The notes below the pieces were generated by a model. That model saw only the letters and a program-made list of their open reading frames with translations, had not been told where the DNA came from and ran no database searches. Of a DNA stretch of 64,000 nt, positions 40,353-50,642 are shown piece after piece; the first letter of the stretch is position 1; each line of letters starts with the position of its first letter. Position numbers and translations under genes: made by a program. The DNA comes from Dehalococcoidia bacterium (lineage in GTDB: Bacteria > Chloroflexota > Dehalococcoidia > Bin125): NCBI GenBank assembly GCA_963663235.2, contig CAXXNO010000004.1, forward strand, positions 1 through 64,000, read 5' to 3'.

Positions 40353-41599
40353 TGACCTGCCCCCGATCGTTGTACCAGTCGTTAAGTTAGTCCGATCGCC
40401 GGGAGGATTGTCAGGGGACCTTCCCGGGGTTGCTGGGTCTCGGGGGCCGGGGGGCGATATCCCAGCGCACTGTGGGGCCGGATCTGGTTATATTCCCGCC
40501 GCCAGCCCTCTATGAGAACCTGGGCTTCGAGCAGCGTGTCGAAGCGTTCGCGGTTGAGGCACTCGTCGCGCAGCTTGCCGTTGAAGGACTCCACATAGCC
40601 GTTCTCCCAGGGACTGCCGGGCTCGATGAAGAGGGTCGTGACGCCGACCCGGTGCAGCCAGTTACGCACCGCGGTGGCGGTGAACTCCGGGCCGTTGTCG
40701 GACCGCAGGGACGTCGGCGGCCCGCGCTCGACGAAGAGCTGGGCCAGCCGCGCCAGGACGTCGTCGCTGCACAGCCGGCGGGCCACGTCGAGACTCAGGC
40801 ACTCGCGCGTGGTCCTCGTCCACGATGGCGAGGATCCGCACCGGGCGCCCCTCGGCGGTGCGGTCGAAGACGAAGTCGTAGGACCAGACGTGGTGGGGCC
40901 GTTCGGCCCGCCGCCGCACCAGCGAGCCGTCCCCGAGCCAGAGGCGGCCCCGCTTGGGCTGTTTCACGGGGGCCCGCAGGCCTTCCTGGCGCCAGAGCCG
41001 TTCGACCCGCTTGTGGTTCACGCGCCAGCCTTCCTGACGCAGCAGGGCCGTGATGCGGCGGTAGCCGTAGCGGCCGAAGCTCGTGGCCAGGGCGACGATT
41101 CGCGCGATCAGCGCCGGCTCATCCGTGGACGGCCGGGGCACAGAGCGCTGCGTCGCCCGCGCCTGGCCAGTGACCTGGCAGGCCCGCCGCTCGGACACGG
41201 CGTACTGGTCGGTGAGATGGGTGGTCGCCCGGCGCCGCTTGGCCGGGCTCAGAAGTTTCCCGCTGCGACGTCTCGCAACATCGCATTGTCCAACGCCTGG
41301 TCCGCCACCAGCCGCTTCAGGCGGCTATTCTCCCGTTCGAGCTCCTTCAGCCGCTTCGCCTGATCGACCCGCAACCCGCCGTACTCCCGGCGCCAGCGGT
41401 AAGAGGTCGGCTCGCTGATCCCAAGCGTCCGCGCCACCGCTCCGATCGTCTGGCCCTGGGCCAAGGCCACTTCCGCTTCCCGCAGATTGCCGATGATCTC
41501 CTCGGCCGCGTACCGCTTGCGTGCCATGCCGGCTCCCTTCCCGATTCCCGGAATCCTCTCACTCCGCGTGGATCAGTTTTTTGGGGGGGGGGCAGGTCA
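40353..41599 (-). mobile_element. IS3-family element, copy 2, with 5-bp target duplication GAGTC
   Basis: TGACCTGCCCC termini; GAGTC at 40348-40352 and 41600-41604; orfA 41249-41527; orfB keeps WSYDF, RSDNG and ESFN but has a +1 frameshift near 40811. Confidence 0.96.
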
Positions 41600-41634
41600 G
41601 AGTCGGGGGCGAGGCTCCGCTACAGTTACGAGCC

Positions 41635-41652
41635 CTGAGATCTGACAGAACC
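41635..41652. mobile_element. Solo IS6 terminal inverted repeat
   Basis: CTGAGATCTGACAGAACC identical to 39791-39808; the inside flank resembles the upstream end of IS6 B. Confidence 0.85.
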
Positions 41653-42412
41653 CGTTCAACGATCTCCAGTACCCGACGGATCTCGTGCTGCTCGCCGTGT
41701 TGTGGCGTCTGCGGTACAAGCTCAGCTTCCGCGACGTCGCCGAGCTCCTGCTCCAGCGGGGCTACGAGGTCACCCACGAGACGATCCGGAGTTGGGAGTT
41801 CCGCTTCGCGCCGCTGCTTGCGGACCAGCTCCGGGCCAAGCGGCGCGGCCGAGCGGGCGTCTCCTCGTACATCGACGAGACCTACGTCAAGGTCGCGGGC
41901 CGGTGGTGCTACCTCTATCGGGCCATCGACCGCGATGGCGACCTGCTCGACTCCATGCTCAGCGCGCACCGCGACAAGCACGCCGCGCGACGCTTCCTGC
42001 GGCGGCTGGTCGATGTGGCAGGCACCAAGCCGCTGCGCGTCACGACCGATGCCCATCCGCCCTACCGCCGGGCGATCCGCTGGATCCTGGGGAGGAAGGT
42101 GCGGCACCGATGCAATCGATACTTGAACAACCTGACCGAGCAAAGCCACCGGGCCGTCAAGCAGCGCTACTACCCCATGCTGGGCTTCGGGAGTTTCGCG
42201 TCGGCCGCCCGGTTCTGTACCGCCTTCGATGAGCTGCGCCAATACTTCCGCGTTCGCCAACGAGGAGCCGAATGGGTGCCGCTTGCTACACAGCGACGGC
42301 TCTTCGTCCAGCGCTGGCGGTCGCTGATCGCGGAGATGCAGGCAGCATAGAGTCAACGGTCGGGGGAACGTCTCGCCCGGCTTATCCTGGGGCCCTGAGA
42401 TCTGACAGAACC
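41653..42412 (+). mobile_element. IS6-family element C, 5'-truncated
   Basis: Starts mid-gene at FNDLQYPTD; stop at 42350; TIR at 42395-42412. Confidence 0.93.
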
Positions 42413-42711
42413 GTACAGCACTTGCTCGGTGCGCATCAGCGTGCTGCTCATCACTCTCGCTCCCCGATGACTTACACTCGACAATGATCCACCGGTCACA
42501 AAGAAGTCGAAGAGGTCCAACTCGACGTGCAACACATCGTCAAGCGCTAACTCGATGTTGCTCAGTAGGTGGGTAGGGGGACGGGGAGCTCGTCGGGGCC
42601 GAACCCTGCCAACGTGCTCGCAGCGGTCCGCGAGATCGCCCGCGCGTAGACAGCCGCCGCAAGCCCTCGATCCCGCTAGCATCATCGAGCGACCGCAGGA
42701 CGGAGGGCCGA

Positions 42712-43482
42712 GTGGGCGCGATCTTGGTGGTCTCGGACCTGGAGAAGCAGTTCGGGGGAAATTGCGCCGTCGACCACGCTTCGTTCGCGGTCGAGGCGGG
42801 AAGCATCACCGGTTTGATTGGCCCTAACGGCGCCGGTAAGACAACCTGCTTCAACTGCATCAGTGGATTTCTGGGCACCGATCGGGGCTCGATTGTCTTC
42901 GACGGCCGACCGATCACCAACCTCCCGCCCCACAAGATCGTCCATCGCGGCCTAGTCCGGACGTTCCAGATCCCGCAAGAGTTCGCATCGATGACCGTGC
43001 TAGAGAATTGCATGCTCGTCCCGGTCCAACAGGCCGGCGAGCGAATCTGGGACGCCTGGCTGCGCCCCTGGCTGGTACGGAATCAGGAGCGTGCCATCGA
43101 GACCCGCGCGCGCGACGTGCTGGATCGCGTCGAGCTGGGCAACCTGGTGCACGAACGCGCTGGCAACCTCTCCGGAGGGCAAAAGAAGCTGCTCGAGCTG
43201 GCGCGCGCGCTCATGGCGCGCCCAAAGATGGTGCTGCTCGATGAACCCGCGGCGGGCGTGAACCCCACGCTGGCGCGGCGGCTGGCCGATCACCTGAAGA
43301 GCCTCCAGCGCGACCTGGGGCTCACGTTCCTCATCGTCGAGCACGACATGAATCTCGTGATGCGTCTGTGCGACCCCGTCATCGTCATGACGGGAGGCCG
43401 CGTGCTGATGGAGGGTCCGCCCGCAGTCGTCGTTGAGGATGAGACGGTGCAGGCAGCGTACCTGGGGGGGCAATACCGGTGA
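42712..43482 (+). CDS. Branched-chain amino acid-type ABC ATPase (LivG-like)
   Basis: GPNGAGKT, RTFQ, LSGGQKKLLELAR, VEHDM, AYLG. Confidence 0.93.
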   Translation: MGAILVVSDLEKQFGGNCAVDHASFAVEAGSITGLIGPNGAGKTTCFNCISGFLGTDRGSIVFDGRPITNLPPHKIVHRGLVRTFQIPQEFASMTVLENCMLVPVQQAGERIWDAWLRPWLVRNQERAIETRARDVLDRVELGNLVHERAGNLSGGQKKLLELARALMARPKMVLLDEPAAGVNPTLARRLADHLKSLQRDLGLTFLIVEHDMNLVMRLCDPVIVMTGGRVLMEGPPAVVVEDETVQAAYLGGQYR

Positions 43483-44222
43483 GCGCACTGCTGGAGGTCG
43501 ACGCGATCAGCGCCGGCTATGGCGGGGCGGAGATCATCCACGAGGTGTCCCTGCGGGTGGACACCGGCCAGATCGCCACCATCATCGGGCCCAACGGCGC
43601 CGGCAAGTCGACGCTGCTCAAGGCGATCTTCGGGCTGCTGCGCCCGAGCGCCGGCCTGGTGCGGTTCCGGGAGCGCGACGTTACGCGCCTGGCCGCACCC
43701 AAGATGGTGGCGGCCGGCGCGGCGTTCGTGCCGCAGACCGAGAACATCTTCCCGTCGCTCAGCGTGCGGGAGAATCTGGAGATGGGCGGCTACAGCAGGC
43801 GGGACGGCACGCAGAAGCGGATCAGCGACATCCTGGCGCTCTTCCCGGACCTTGCGAGCCGGCCCAGCGAGCGCGCCTCCCGTCTCTCCGGTGGGCAGCG
43901 ACAGATGCTGGCCATGGCCCGCGCGCTCATGCTCGACCCTGTCCTGCTGCTGGTGGACGAGCCCACGGCCAGTCTCTCGCCTCTCATGCGACGGGAGATC
44001 CTGGACCGGATCCGCGCGATTAGTGGCGAGGGCGTCGCTGTGCTGATGGTGGAGCAGAACGCTAAAGAGGCACTCGCCATGTCGCACCATGGGTACGTCC
44101 TCGTCGGCGGCTGCAACGCACTGGAGCAATCGGGTGCGGAGTTGCTCGCCAACCCGGACGTGGGACGGCTCTTCCTCGGCCAGGAGATCGCAGTCTCCAG
44201 GAACGCGGACACCGCGACGTAG
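43479..44222 (+). CDS. ABC ATPase (LivF-like)
   Basis: GPNGAGKS, LSGGQRQMLAMAR, VEQNA. Confidence 0.93.
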   Translation: MSALLEVDAISAGYGGAEIIHEVSLRVDTGQIATIIGPNGAGKSTLLKAIFGLLRPSAGLVRFRERDVTRLAAPKMVAAGAAFVPQTENIFPSLSVRENLEMGGYSRRDGTQKRISDILALFPDLASRPSERASRLSGGQRQMLAMARALMLDPVLLLVDEPTASLSPLMRREILDRIRAISGEGVAVLMVEQNAKEALAMSHHGYVLVGGCNALEQSGAELLANPDVGRLFLGQEIAVSRNADTAT

Positions 44223-44233
44223 GGAGCGTTGCC

Positions 44234-45136
44234 ACGGAGATCGCCCAACTCGTCGTTATCGGCATCATCGTCGGCTCGATCATCGGCCTAGGCGCCATCG
44301 GGCTGACGCTGACTTATGGCGTGATGAAGTTCGCCAACTTCGCCCACGGCGACCTGATGACGCTGGGAATGTTCCTCGCCTTCATCATCGTGGCCGATAT
44401 CGGCTTCGTTGGCGGCAGCATCGGACCGCTCTCTTTCGGCTGGGGCATGATTCCAGCGGCCGTCTTTGCCATGGCTGGCGTGGCGTTGACGGCGGTCGCA
44501 TTGGACCGGGTCGTGTTCCGCCCGCTGCGCAGTCGCGGTGGTGGGTTTATCACGATGGTGGTCGCCTCACTCGGGATCGGCATAGCGCTACGCGCCATCG
44601 TCCAGATGATCTGGGGGTCAGCTCCGCTTCGCTACGAGCCCGGCATCCACAAAGCCACGACGCTCTTCTGGGACATCAAGGTGAAGCCGGACCAGTTCTT
44701 CATCGTCGGGCTGATGATCGTCCTCGCGGTCGCTGTCTACCTGCTGCTCTACCGGACCAAGCTGGGCAAGGCGATGCGCGCCACGGCGGACAACCCGCAA
44801 CTGGCGGAGGTCTCCGGCATCGAGACGGAGCGCATCCGCCAGTGGACCTGGGCGATCGGCGGCGCGCTCATCGCGCTCGCGGGGATCATGCTGGCCATCC
44901 AGGCGCAACTGCGCTTCAACGCCGGATTCAACCTGATCCTGCCGCTGTTCGCCGCCACTATCCTGGGTGGCATCGGCAATCCCTGGGGCGCGCTCGTCGG
45001 AGGGTTGGTGGTCGGCATCTCGCAAGAGGTGTCGACGCAATGGATCAACACGGGATTGAAGCCGGGCATCCCCTTTCTGATTCTCATCATCATGCTGGTG
45101 CTGCGACCCCGCGGGATCTTCGGGTCGACGGTCTAG
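44234..45136 (+). CDS. ABC permease (LivH-like); start codon uncertain
   Basis: GLTLTYGVMKFANFAHG, GKAMRATADN, ILGGIG, RPRGIFG; homology extends upstream of 44321 to an ACG at 44234. Confidence 0.88.
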   Translation, partial: TEIAQLVVIGIIVGSIIGLGAIGLTLTYGVMKFANFAHGDLMTLGMFLAFIIVADIGFVGGSIGPLSFGWGMIPAAVFAMAGVALTAVALDRVVFRPLRSRGGGFITMVVASLGIGIALRAIVQMIWGSAPLRYEPGIHKATTLFWDIKVKPDQFFIVGLMIVLAVAVYLLLYRTKLGKAMRATADNPQLAEVSGIETERIRQWTWAIGGALIALAGIMLAIQAQLRFNAGFNLILPLFAATILGGIGNPWGALVGGLVVGISQEVSTQWINTGLKPGIPFLILIIMLVLRPRGIFGSTV

Positions 45137-45145
45137 GGAACGCTG

Positions 45146-46207
45146 ATGGACCTCTCATTCGTGGAACCGATGGCACTGGTGACGTTCTCCGGGGGACTGA
45201 ACTGGACCGTCGGGTTCCTCACCACTGTCGCGATCTTTGGCATCCTCACGTTGGCGCTCAACCTACAGTGGGGTTATTCGGGCGTGTTCAACTTCGGCGT
45301 GGTCGCCTTCTTTATGGTCGGCGCCTACGTGAGTGCGATTCTGACGCTCGACCGGCCTGGCGAGTTCGAAAGCTACGTCGGTGGCTTCAGCCTCCCCGTC
45401 CCAATCGGCTGGCTGGGAGGGATGGGCGCGGCGGGCGCACTCGCCTTGCTAATCGGCCTGCCGACCCTCCGTCTTCGACGTGACTTCCTTGCCATCGCGA
45501 CCATCGGGGTGGCCGAGATCCTGCGCAGCAGTGCAAATTCCGTCGAGGGCCTGGTGAACCGAGGGCGCGGGCTCAACGCCATCCCCCGCTTTCTGGACGA
45601 GCTCGCGAGCGGGGCCGATTACCGCTGGGTACTGCTGGGCATCACGGTGGTGATGCTGGCGGTGGTATACGTCGCAGTGTGGAGGGCGACAGGGTCGCCC
45701 TGGGGGCGGGTACTGCGCTCGATCCGCGAGAACGAGGACACCGCCAAGGCAGCCGGCAAGGACACTGTGAACTTCCGCATGCAGAGCTTCGTGATCGGTG
45801 GCATGATCATGGGCCTCGCCGGCGCGATCTTCGCTCACCGCATCGGTACGATTTCGCCCAGCGCGTTCAGCGACCTCTTCGGCACATTTCTCATCTGGAC
45901 CATGCTGATGGTGGGCGGCAGCGGCAACAACCGCGGAGCGGTGCTGGGCGCGCTGGTGGTGGGCTTCTTCTGGTTCGGGACGCCACTGATTCAGGAGGAT
46001 CTGCCGAGCTTCTTGGGGAACCGCGTCTTCATGATCCGGCAACTCATCATCGGGCTGCTGATTGTGACTTTCCTCCTCTTACGCCCGCAGGGATTGTTGG
46101 CTGAAGAGCGGCGGGTGAGCCGCTACGTAGAGTCGGGGTCGAGCCGCAGGGGACTCGCCACCCGTGTGCGCCGCCGGCTGACGGGCAAGCCCCCCATCGT
46201 GCAATAG
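45146..46207 (+). CDS. ABC permease (LivM-like)
   Basis: LNLQWGYSGVFNFG, LRLRRDFLAIATIG, SPWGRVLRSIRENE. Confidence 0.92.
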   Translation: MDLSFVEPMALVTFSGGLNWTVGFLTTVAIFGILTLALNLQWGYSGVFNFGVVAFFMVGAYVSAILTLDRPGEFESYVGGFSLPVPIGWLGGMGAAGALALLIGLPTLRLRRDFLAIATIGVAEILRSSANSVEGLVNRGRGLNAIPRFLDELASGADYRWVLLGITVVMLAVVYVAVWRATGSPWGRVLRSIRENEDTAKAAGKDTVNFRMQSFVIGGMIMGLAGAIFAHRIGTISPSAFSDLFGTFLIWTMLMVGGSGNNRGAVLGALVVGFFWFGTPLIQEDLPSFLGNRVFMIRQLIIGLLIVTFLLLRPQGLLAEERRVSRYVESGSSRRGLATRVRRRLTGKPPIVQ

Positions 46208-46266
46208 TCGTCCGGCCCGTCCGATCGTCTGGGCTTCTGATCCGAGGAAGGCTCCAACACATGAGA

Positions 46267-46290
46267 GCGGGCGGCCGATCGGCCGCCCGC
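46267..46290. terminator. Perfect 24-bp palindrome between convergent genes
   Basis: GCGGGCGGCCGA|TCGGCCGCCCGC; no U-tract. Confidence 0.55.
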
Positions 46291-46324
46291 CCCAGTTCGG
46301 TGCTTCGTCTCCGCGTCGCGACGA

Positions 46325-47596
46325 CTATTCGAGCGAGAAAGGGATCTCGTCCAACTCGACAATCGCGCCGTCTTGGTACTGCCAGATGCCAACAAAGCCG
46401 CTGGTGACGTCGCCGACGTCGTCCCAGTCGAGCGACGTGGCGGCACCGTCGTAGTTGATATCGTTGCCGTCCCGCACGGCGGCCAGCCCGGCTGCGATGC
46501 CCTCTGCGCCCGGGATCACCGTCTCGCCGCCGGGGGCACAGACCTTCGGCAGCGCATCACGAATGGCGGCGCCATCGGTGGAGTCCGCGAATTCGGTGGC
46601 CAGAGCGATGCAGATCATCGCGTCATACGCCTCACGCACGAACGGACGGGTGGGCAGTTCGCCGAACTCCGCGGTGTAGGCGTCATTCCACGCCCGCAGG
46701 GCATCCGTCTCTGGGCCCGCAACCGGCGCTGTGCCTTTGGAGCCATCGAGGAACTCCGCCCCGATGGCGGCAATCATATCCTCGCTCTTGGTGCCATCGA
46801 CGAAGAGGAATTCCGTGAAGATATCGTTCTCGATTGACTCGCGCAGAAAGATTATCGCCTCTCCTGGGAAGCCGATCGCGACCAACACAGCAGCGCCGCC
46901 TCCGGCGATCTGCTGCAGCTCCGCCAGGTACGACACCTGGTCCGGCTCGTAGGAGGCGCTCGAGGTGGTTCCGCCGAAGCTGGCCTCAAAGACCTCGGCC
47001 AGCCCCTGCCCATACGCGTCGTTGCGGAAGATCACCGCAATGTTGTCGATGCCTTCGTCCGCGGCAAGCTGTGCCAGAATCACACCCTGCGCGGCGTCCG
47101 AAGTCGTACTCCGGAACAGAAAGCCGTTGTCGTTGGCCACCGAGATCGCTGGTGATGTAGCCGACGGTGAGATGGTCGGCACACCTGCGAGACCGGTCAC
47201 GCTCTCGGCGACGGCCAGCGTCACCGTGCTGGAGAGGGGCCCGATGATCGCGTGCACGCCCTCGATATCTACCAGGCGACGCGCCTCCTCCACACCGATG
47301 GTCTCGTCTACTTGCGAGTCGCCGGTAACGAACGTGACATCCTGGCCCAGCACGCCGCCCGCGTCATTGATATGCTTGACGGCCAACTCCACGCCCGTCT
47401 GGGTCTCCGGCCCGAACTCCGCCAGCGGGCCCGAGAAATCGGCAAGAAACCCGATCTTCAACCCCTCATCCTCGTCGTCATCGCCGCAGGCCGCGGCAAC
47501 CAAGGCGATCGCGGCCAGCGCGGCCATCAGCAACAAGGCATACCGCCTGCCTGGCAGCCGCCAATTGCCGTGAAATCCACCGGCTCTCCCGCGCAT
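46325..47596 (-). CDS. Liv-type substrate-binding lipoprotein
   Basis: Lipobox VAAAC, ISPSATSP, FRSTTSDAAQG, NDAYGQG, INYDGA. Confidence 0.92.
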   Translation of the reverse strand: MRGRAGGFHGNWRLPGRRYALLLMAALAAIALVAAACGDDDEDEGLKIGFLADFSGPLAEFGPETQTGVELAVKHINDAGGVLGQDVTFVTGDSQVDETIGVEEARRLVDIEGVHAIIGPLSSTVTLAVAESVTGLAGVPTISPSATSPAISVANDNGFLFRSTTSDAAQGVILAQLAADEGIDNIAVIFRNDAYGQGLAEVFEASFGGTTSSASYEPDQVSYLAELQQIAGGGAAVLVAIGFPGEAIIFLRESIENDIFTEFLFVDGTKSEDMIAAIGAEFLDGSKGTAPVAGPETDALRAWNDAYTAEFGELPTRPFVREAYDAMICIALATEFADSTDGAAIRDALPKVCAPGGETVIPGAEGIAAGLAAVRDGNDINYDGAATSLDWDDVGDVTSGFVGIWQYQDGAIVELDEIPFSLE

Positions 47597-47817
47597 CGCT
47601 ATTCCTCCTACCTTCTGGTGGCGGCCGATATAGACTGACCTCCTCGTCCCAGCATCGGACGGAGCCTACGGGGTCGCCACGAGGATCGCAAGGCCGAGGC
47701 GCGGAGACGCACGCCTCTTGAGTTCACAGACCTCCCCGCCGGACCTGGCGTCGCGGTGTCCGTGGCGGTGGGCACGACGATGGCACCGCAACGGAAGCGG
47801 CGGCATGATGTGCGGCG

Positions 47818-48110
47818 TCAGGCATCGGCGGCTCCGTCGGCGCTGTGCGCCCGTTCGAGGCCGAGGAGGGCACGCTTGCGGTCGACGCCCCAACGGTAGC
47901 CGCGCGGCGCGCCCTCCGACCCAACCGCGCGGTGGCAGGGGACCGCGAGCGACACAGGATTCGTGGCGCAGGCCCGGCCCACGGCTCGGGCGGCCTTCGG
48001 GACGCCGATCGCCTGCGCCAGCGCGCCGTAGCTGATCGTCTCGCCCGGCGGGATGCGGCGCAGGACCTCCCAGACGCGGCGCTGGAAAGCACTGGCGCGG
48101 ATGTCGAGGA
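47818..48110 (-). pseudogene. Methylated-DNA-protein-cysteine methyltransferase (Ada/Ogt) C-terminal fragment
   Basis: FQRRVW..LRRIPPGET.SY, ARAVG.AC..NP, PCHR active site; 5' part replaced by unrelated DNA. Confidence 0.85.
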
Positions 48111-48334
48111 GGCCGTGGACAAGGTCTTGGATCTCATCCGTTTCAGGTATATCCCGAACCATGTACACCCCAGCGCGATCCTTCAACGGGAGGAAGCGTC
48201 ACTACGCGCAGAGTTGCTATCCCGCCTGAAAAAGACGAAGGCGTACAAACAAGGTAAGGACGAGCAGGTTTTCGCTGAGTTCGCCAACGTTGCGAAGAAG
48301 CTAGTTGCCCCCATTGCGAGAAACCTCATCGAAG
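48111..48334 (+). pseudogene. Lower-GC internal gene fragment (possibly a defence-type ATPase), cut by IS6
   Basis: Open frame VDKVLDLIRFRYIPNH... runs into the IS6 TIR; family assignment is weak. Confidence 0.35.
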
Positions 48335-49292
48335 GGTTCTGTCAGATCTGAGGGCAGCGGGGCCAACGATGCGTGGTGATCCGGCGAGCGTTGATGGTGT
48401 CCTAGGCGACCTGCATCTCCTGGATCAGGGACCGCCAGCGGGCGACGAACAGCGGGCGCCGCGTCGCCAACGGGATCGGTAGTCCGGGCCGGGGCGGAAC
48501 GCGAAAGTACTGGCGCAGCGCATCGAAGGCCGCGCAGAACTGGGCAGCGGAAGCGAACCTCCCGAAGCCCCGCATCGGATAGTAGCGCTGCTTGATGGCG
48601 CGGTGATCCTGCTCAATCCAGTTGTTGAGGTATTGATTGCAGCGATGTCGCACCTTCCGCCCGACGATCCACCGGATCGCCTTGCGATACGCGGGATGCG
48701 CGTCGGTCGTGATGCGTAAGGGCTTCCGTTCGGCGATCTGTATGAGACCCCGCAGGAAGCGTCGCGCGGCGTGCTTGTCGCGGTGCGCGCTCAGCATCGA
48801 ATCGAGCAGCGCGGCCCTCCCGGTCGATCGCGCGATAGAGGTAGCACCATCGCCCGGCGACCTTCACGTAGGTCTCATCGATGTACCAGGAGACGCCCGC
48901 GCGACCGCGCCGCTTGGCGCGAAGCCGGTCCGCCAGGAGTGGCGCGAAGCGGAACTCCCAATCGCGGATCGTCTCATGCGTCACCGTGTAGCCTCGCTCG
49001 AGGAGCAGTTCGGCGACGTCCCGGAAGCTGAGCTTGTACCGCAGGCGCCACAGCACGGCGAGCAGCACGAGGTCCGTCGGGTACTGGAGATCGTTGAAGG
49101 GCGTGCCGGTCCGCTCGTTGAAGCGCCGTCCGCATGCCCGGCAGTTGCAATCGCTGGGGTAGCCGAGCGTGGTGCGGGGCTTGCGCTTGGTCCGTCGCGG
49201 TCGAGCGGCAGTGCGGACAGGGCATGGCGTCTCCTCGTCGCGTCATGGGCAAGGCTACGCCACGCCTACGAGTCCTGAGATCTGACAGAACC
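48335..49292 (-). mobile_element. IS6-family element D (frameshifted)
   Basis: Same TIRs as B; near-identical to B over 48335-49130; extra base near 48813; divergent, indel-rich 5' part. Confidence 0.95.
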
Positions 49293-49673
49293 GACCGTCT
49301 TGCGCTGAGTCGGGTCCTGCGACACGTAACAGTCTTGCACGTAGGCATCTTTGTCTCGGAAGTAGCGGAGCGCGCGCTCCCAGCGGCCTTCGAAGACGTC
49401 CGGATCCATCGGTTGGTTGTGTGGACCCCACCACACGTGCTCGGCGGTTTCCGGGACGCGGACGACGAACTTGTCCTTCGGGCTGCGACCGGTACGGGCG
49501 CCGCTGCGAACGGCGAAGGTGCCGCCCTGAAGGATCTTGCCCTCGCCGCGACGAATGGCGTGCTCATAGAGGACCGGTACGGAGAGATTGCGGTGCACGG
49601 TCCGCGCCTCAGCGGTGACGCGGTCACTGATGTGAGACGATTGATTCCGTTGCGATCGTTCGGCCAGCGTCAA
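49293..49673 (-). pseudogene. pckA: Truncated pckA copy (first 127 codons)
   Basis: Same protein as 6043-6423 except L->R (CTC->CGC at 49384); cut by IS6. Confidence 0.95.
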
Positions 49674-49841
49674 CAGCCGCTACTCCTCCCGTCGGGGACA
49701 GCCGGAAGTCCTGACGGTGCCCGTACCAAAACTGAGTCGTCATCGCCCGCAGCTCTGGCGAGAATATACGATGCGCCCACCGAGTCGCTACACGCGAACC
49801 GCAGGCCGCCGCGTCGACAGATCCCCTCGCCTCGCGACGAA

Positions 49842-50639
49842 TCACTCACTGCCCACGCCGACGGGAGGTGCGGCCTGGCCCGCCATGAGCCCGCCGTCAA
49901 CTGACAGCGCCACACCGGTCACGAAGGAAGCAGCATCGGAACAGAGCCACACCACCACGTCCGCCACCTCCTCCGGCGTCCCGACGCGCCCCGTGGGCGT
50001 CATCTTCGCGTACAGCTGCGGGAGTGTGGGGTAAGTCACGAACATACGCTCGGCCATGGCGGTGTGAATGAAGCCCGGGCATACGGCGTTCACCCGGATC
50101 CCCTTGGAGGCGTACTCCAGCGCCGCCGTTTTCGTCAGGGAGACGACCCCGCTCTTCGCAGCGGCGTAGACCGATCCCTCGGGCCAGCCGACGAGCGCGG
50201 CGGCGGAGGCGGTGTTGACGATGGTCCCGCCGCCCTGCCGCAGCATCTGCCGAAGCTCGTGCTTCATGCCAAGCCACACGCCCTTGAGGTTGATGGCGTG
50301 CACGCGATCCCAGTCCTCCTCCTGTACATCGGCAATGAGATGCCCAGGCGTGCCCTCGATTCCGGCGTTGTTGAACGCGTAGTCAAGGCGTCCGTACGTC
50401 TCCACGGTCCGCGCGACCATCGCCTCGACGTCGGAAGCGCTGGCGACATCACAGCGCACGAACGTGGCGTCGCCGCCGTCGTCGCGGATGCGGCGAACGG
50501 TCTCCTCGCCTCCATCGACAGCCAGATCGGCGACTGTCACCTTGGCCTCTGTGCGTGCGAACAGGAGGGCACTCGCGCGCCCGATCCCTGAGCCAGCGCC
50601 GGTCACCAGGGCCACTTTCCCCTTCATCTGTCCCGCCAT
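49842..50639 (-). CDS. SDR (duplicate of 5077-5874)
   Basis: One G/E difference. Confidence 0.93.
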   Translation of the reverse strand: MAGQMKGKVALVTGAGSGIGRASALLFARTEAKVTVADLAVDGGEETVRRIRDDGGDATFVRCDVASASDVEAMVARTVETYGRLDYAFNNAGIEGTPGHLIADVQEEDWDRVHAINLKGVWLGMKHELRQMLRQGGGTIVNTASAAALVGWPEGSVYAAAKSGVVSLTKTAALEYASKGIRVNAVCPGFIHTAMAERMFVTYPTLPQLYAKMTPTGRVGTPEEVADVVVWLCSDAASFVTGVALSVDGGLMAGQAAPPVGVGSE

Positions 50640-50642
50640 CTT

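Noticed and set aside
42413-42445. VQHLLG as a third integrase remnant
   Set aside because: Only six residues match and the following sequence lacks the H...Y motif.
33281-49300. 8-bp target duplications for the IS6 copies
   Set aside because: Flanks (GCTCCAGG/GGCTCAAA, GTTGAGGT/GCACCTGA, CATCGAAG/GACCGTCT, GTACAGCA, CGTTCAAC) do not match in any pairing.
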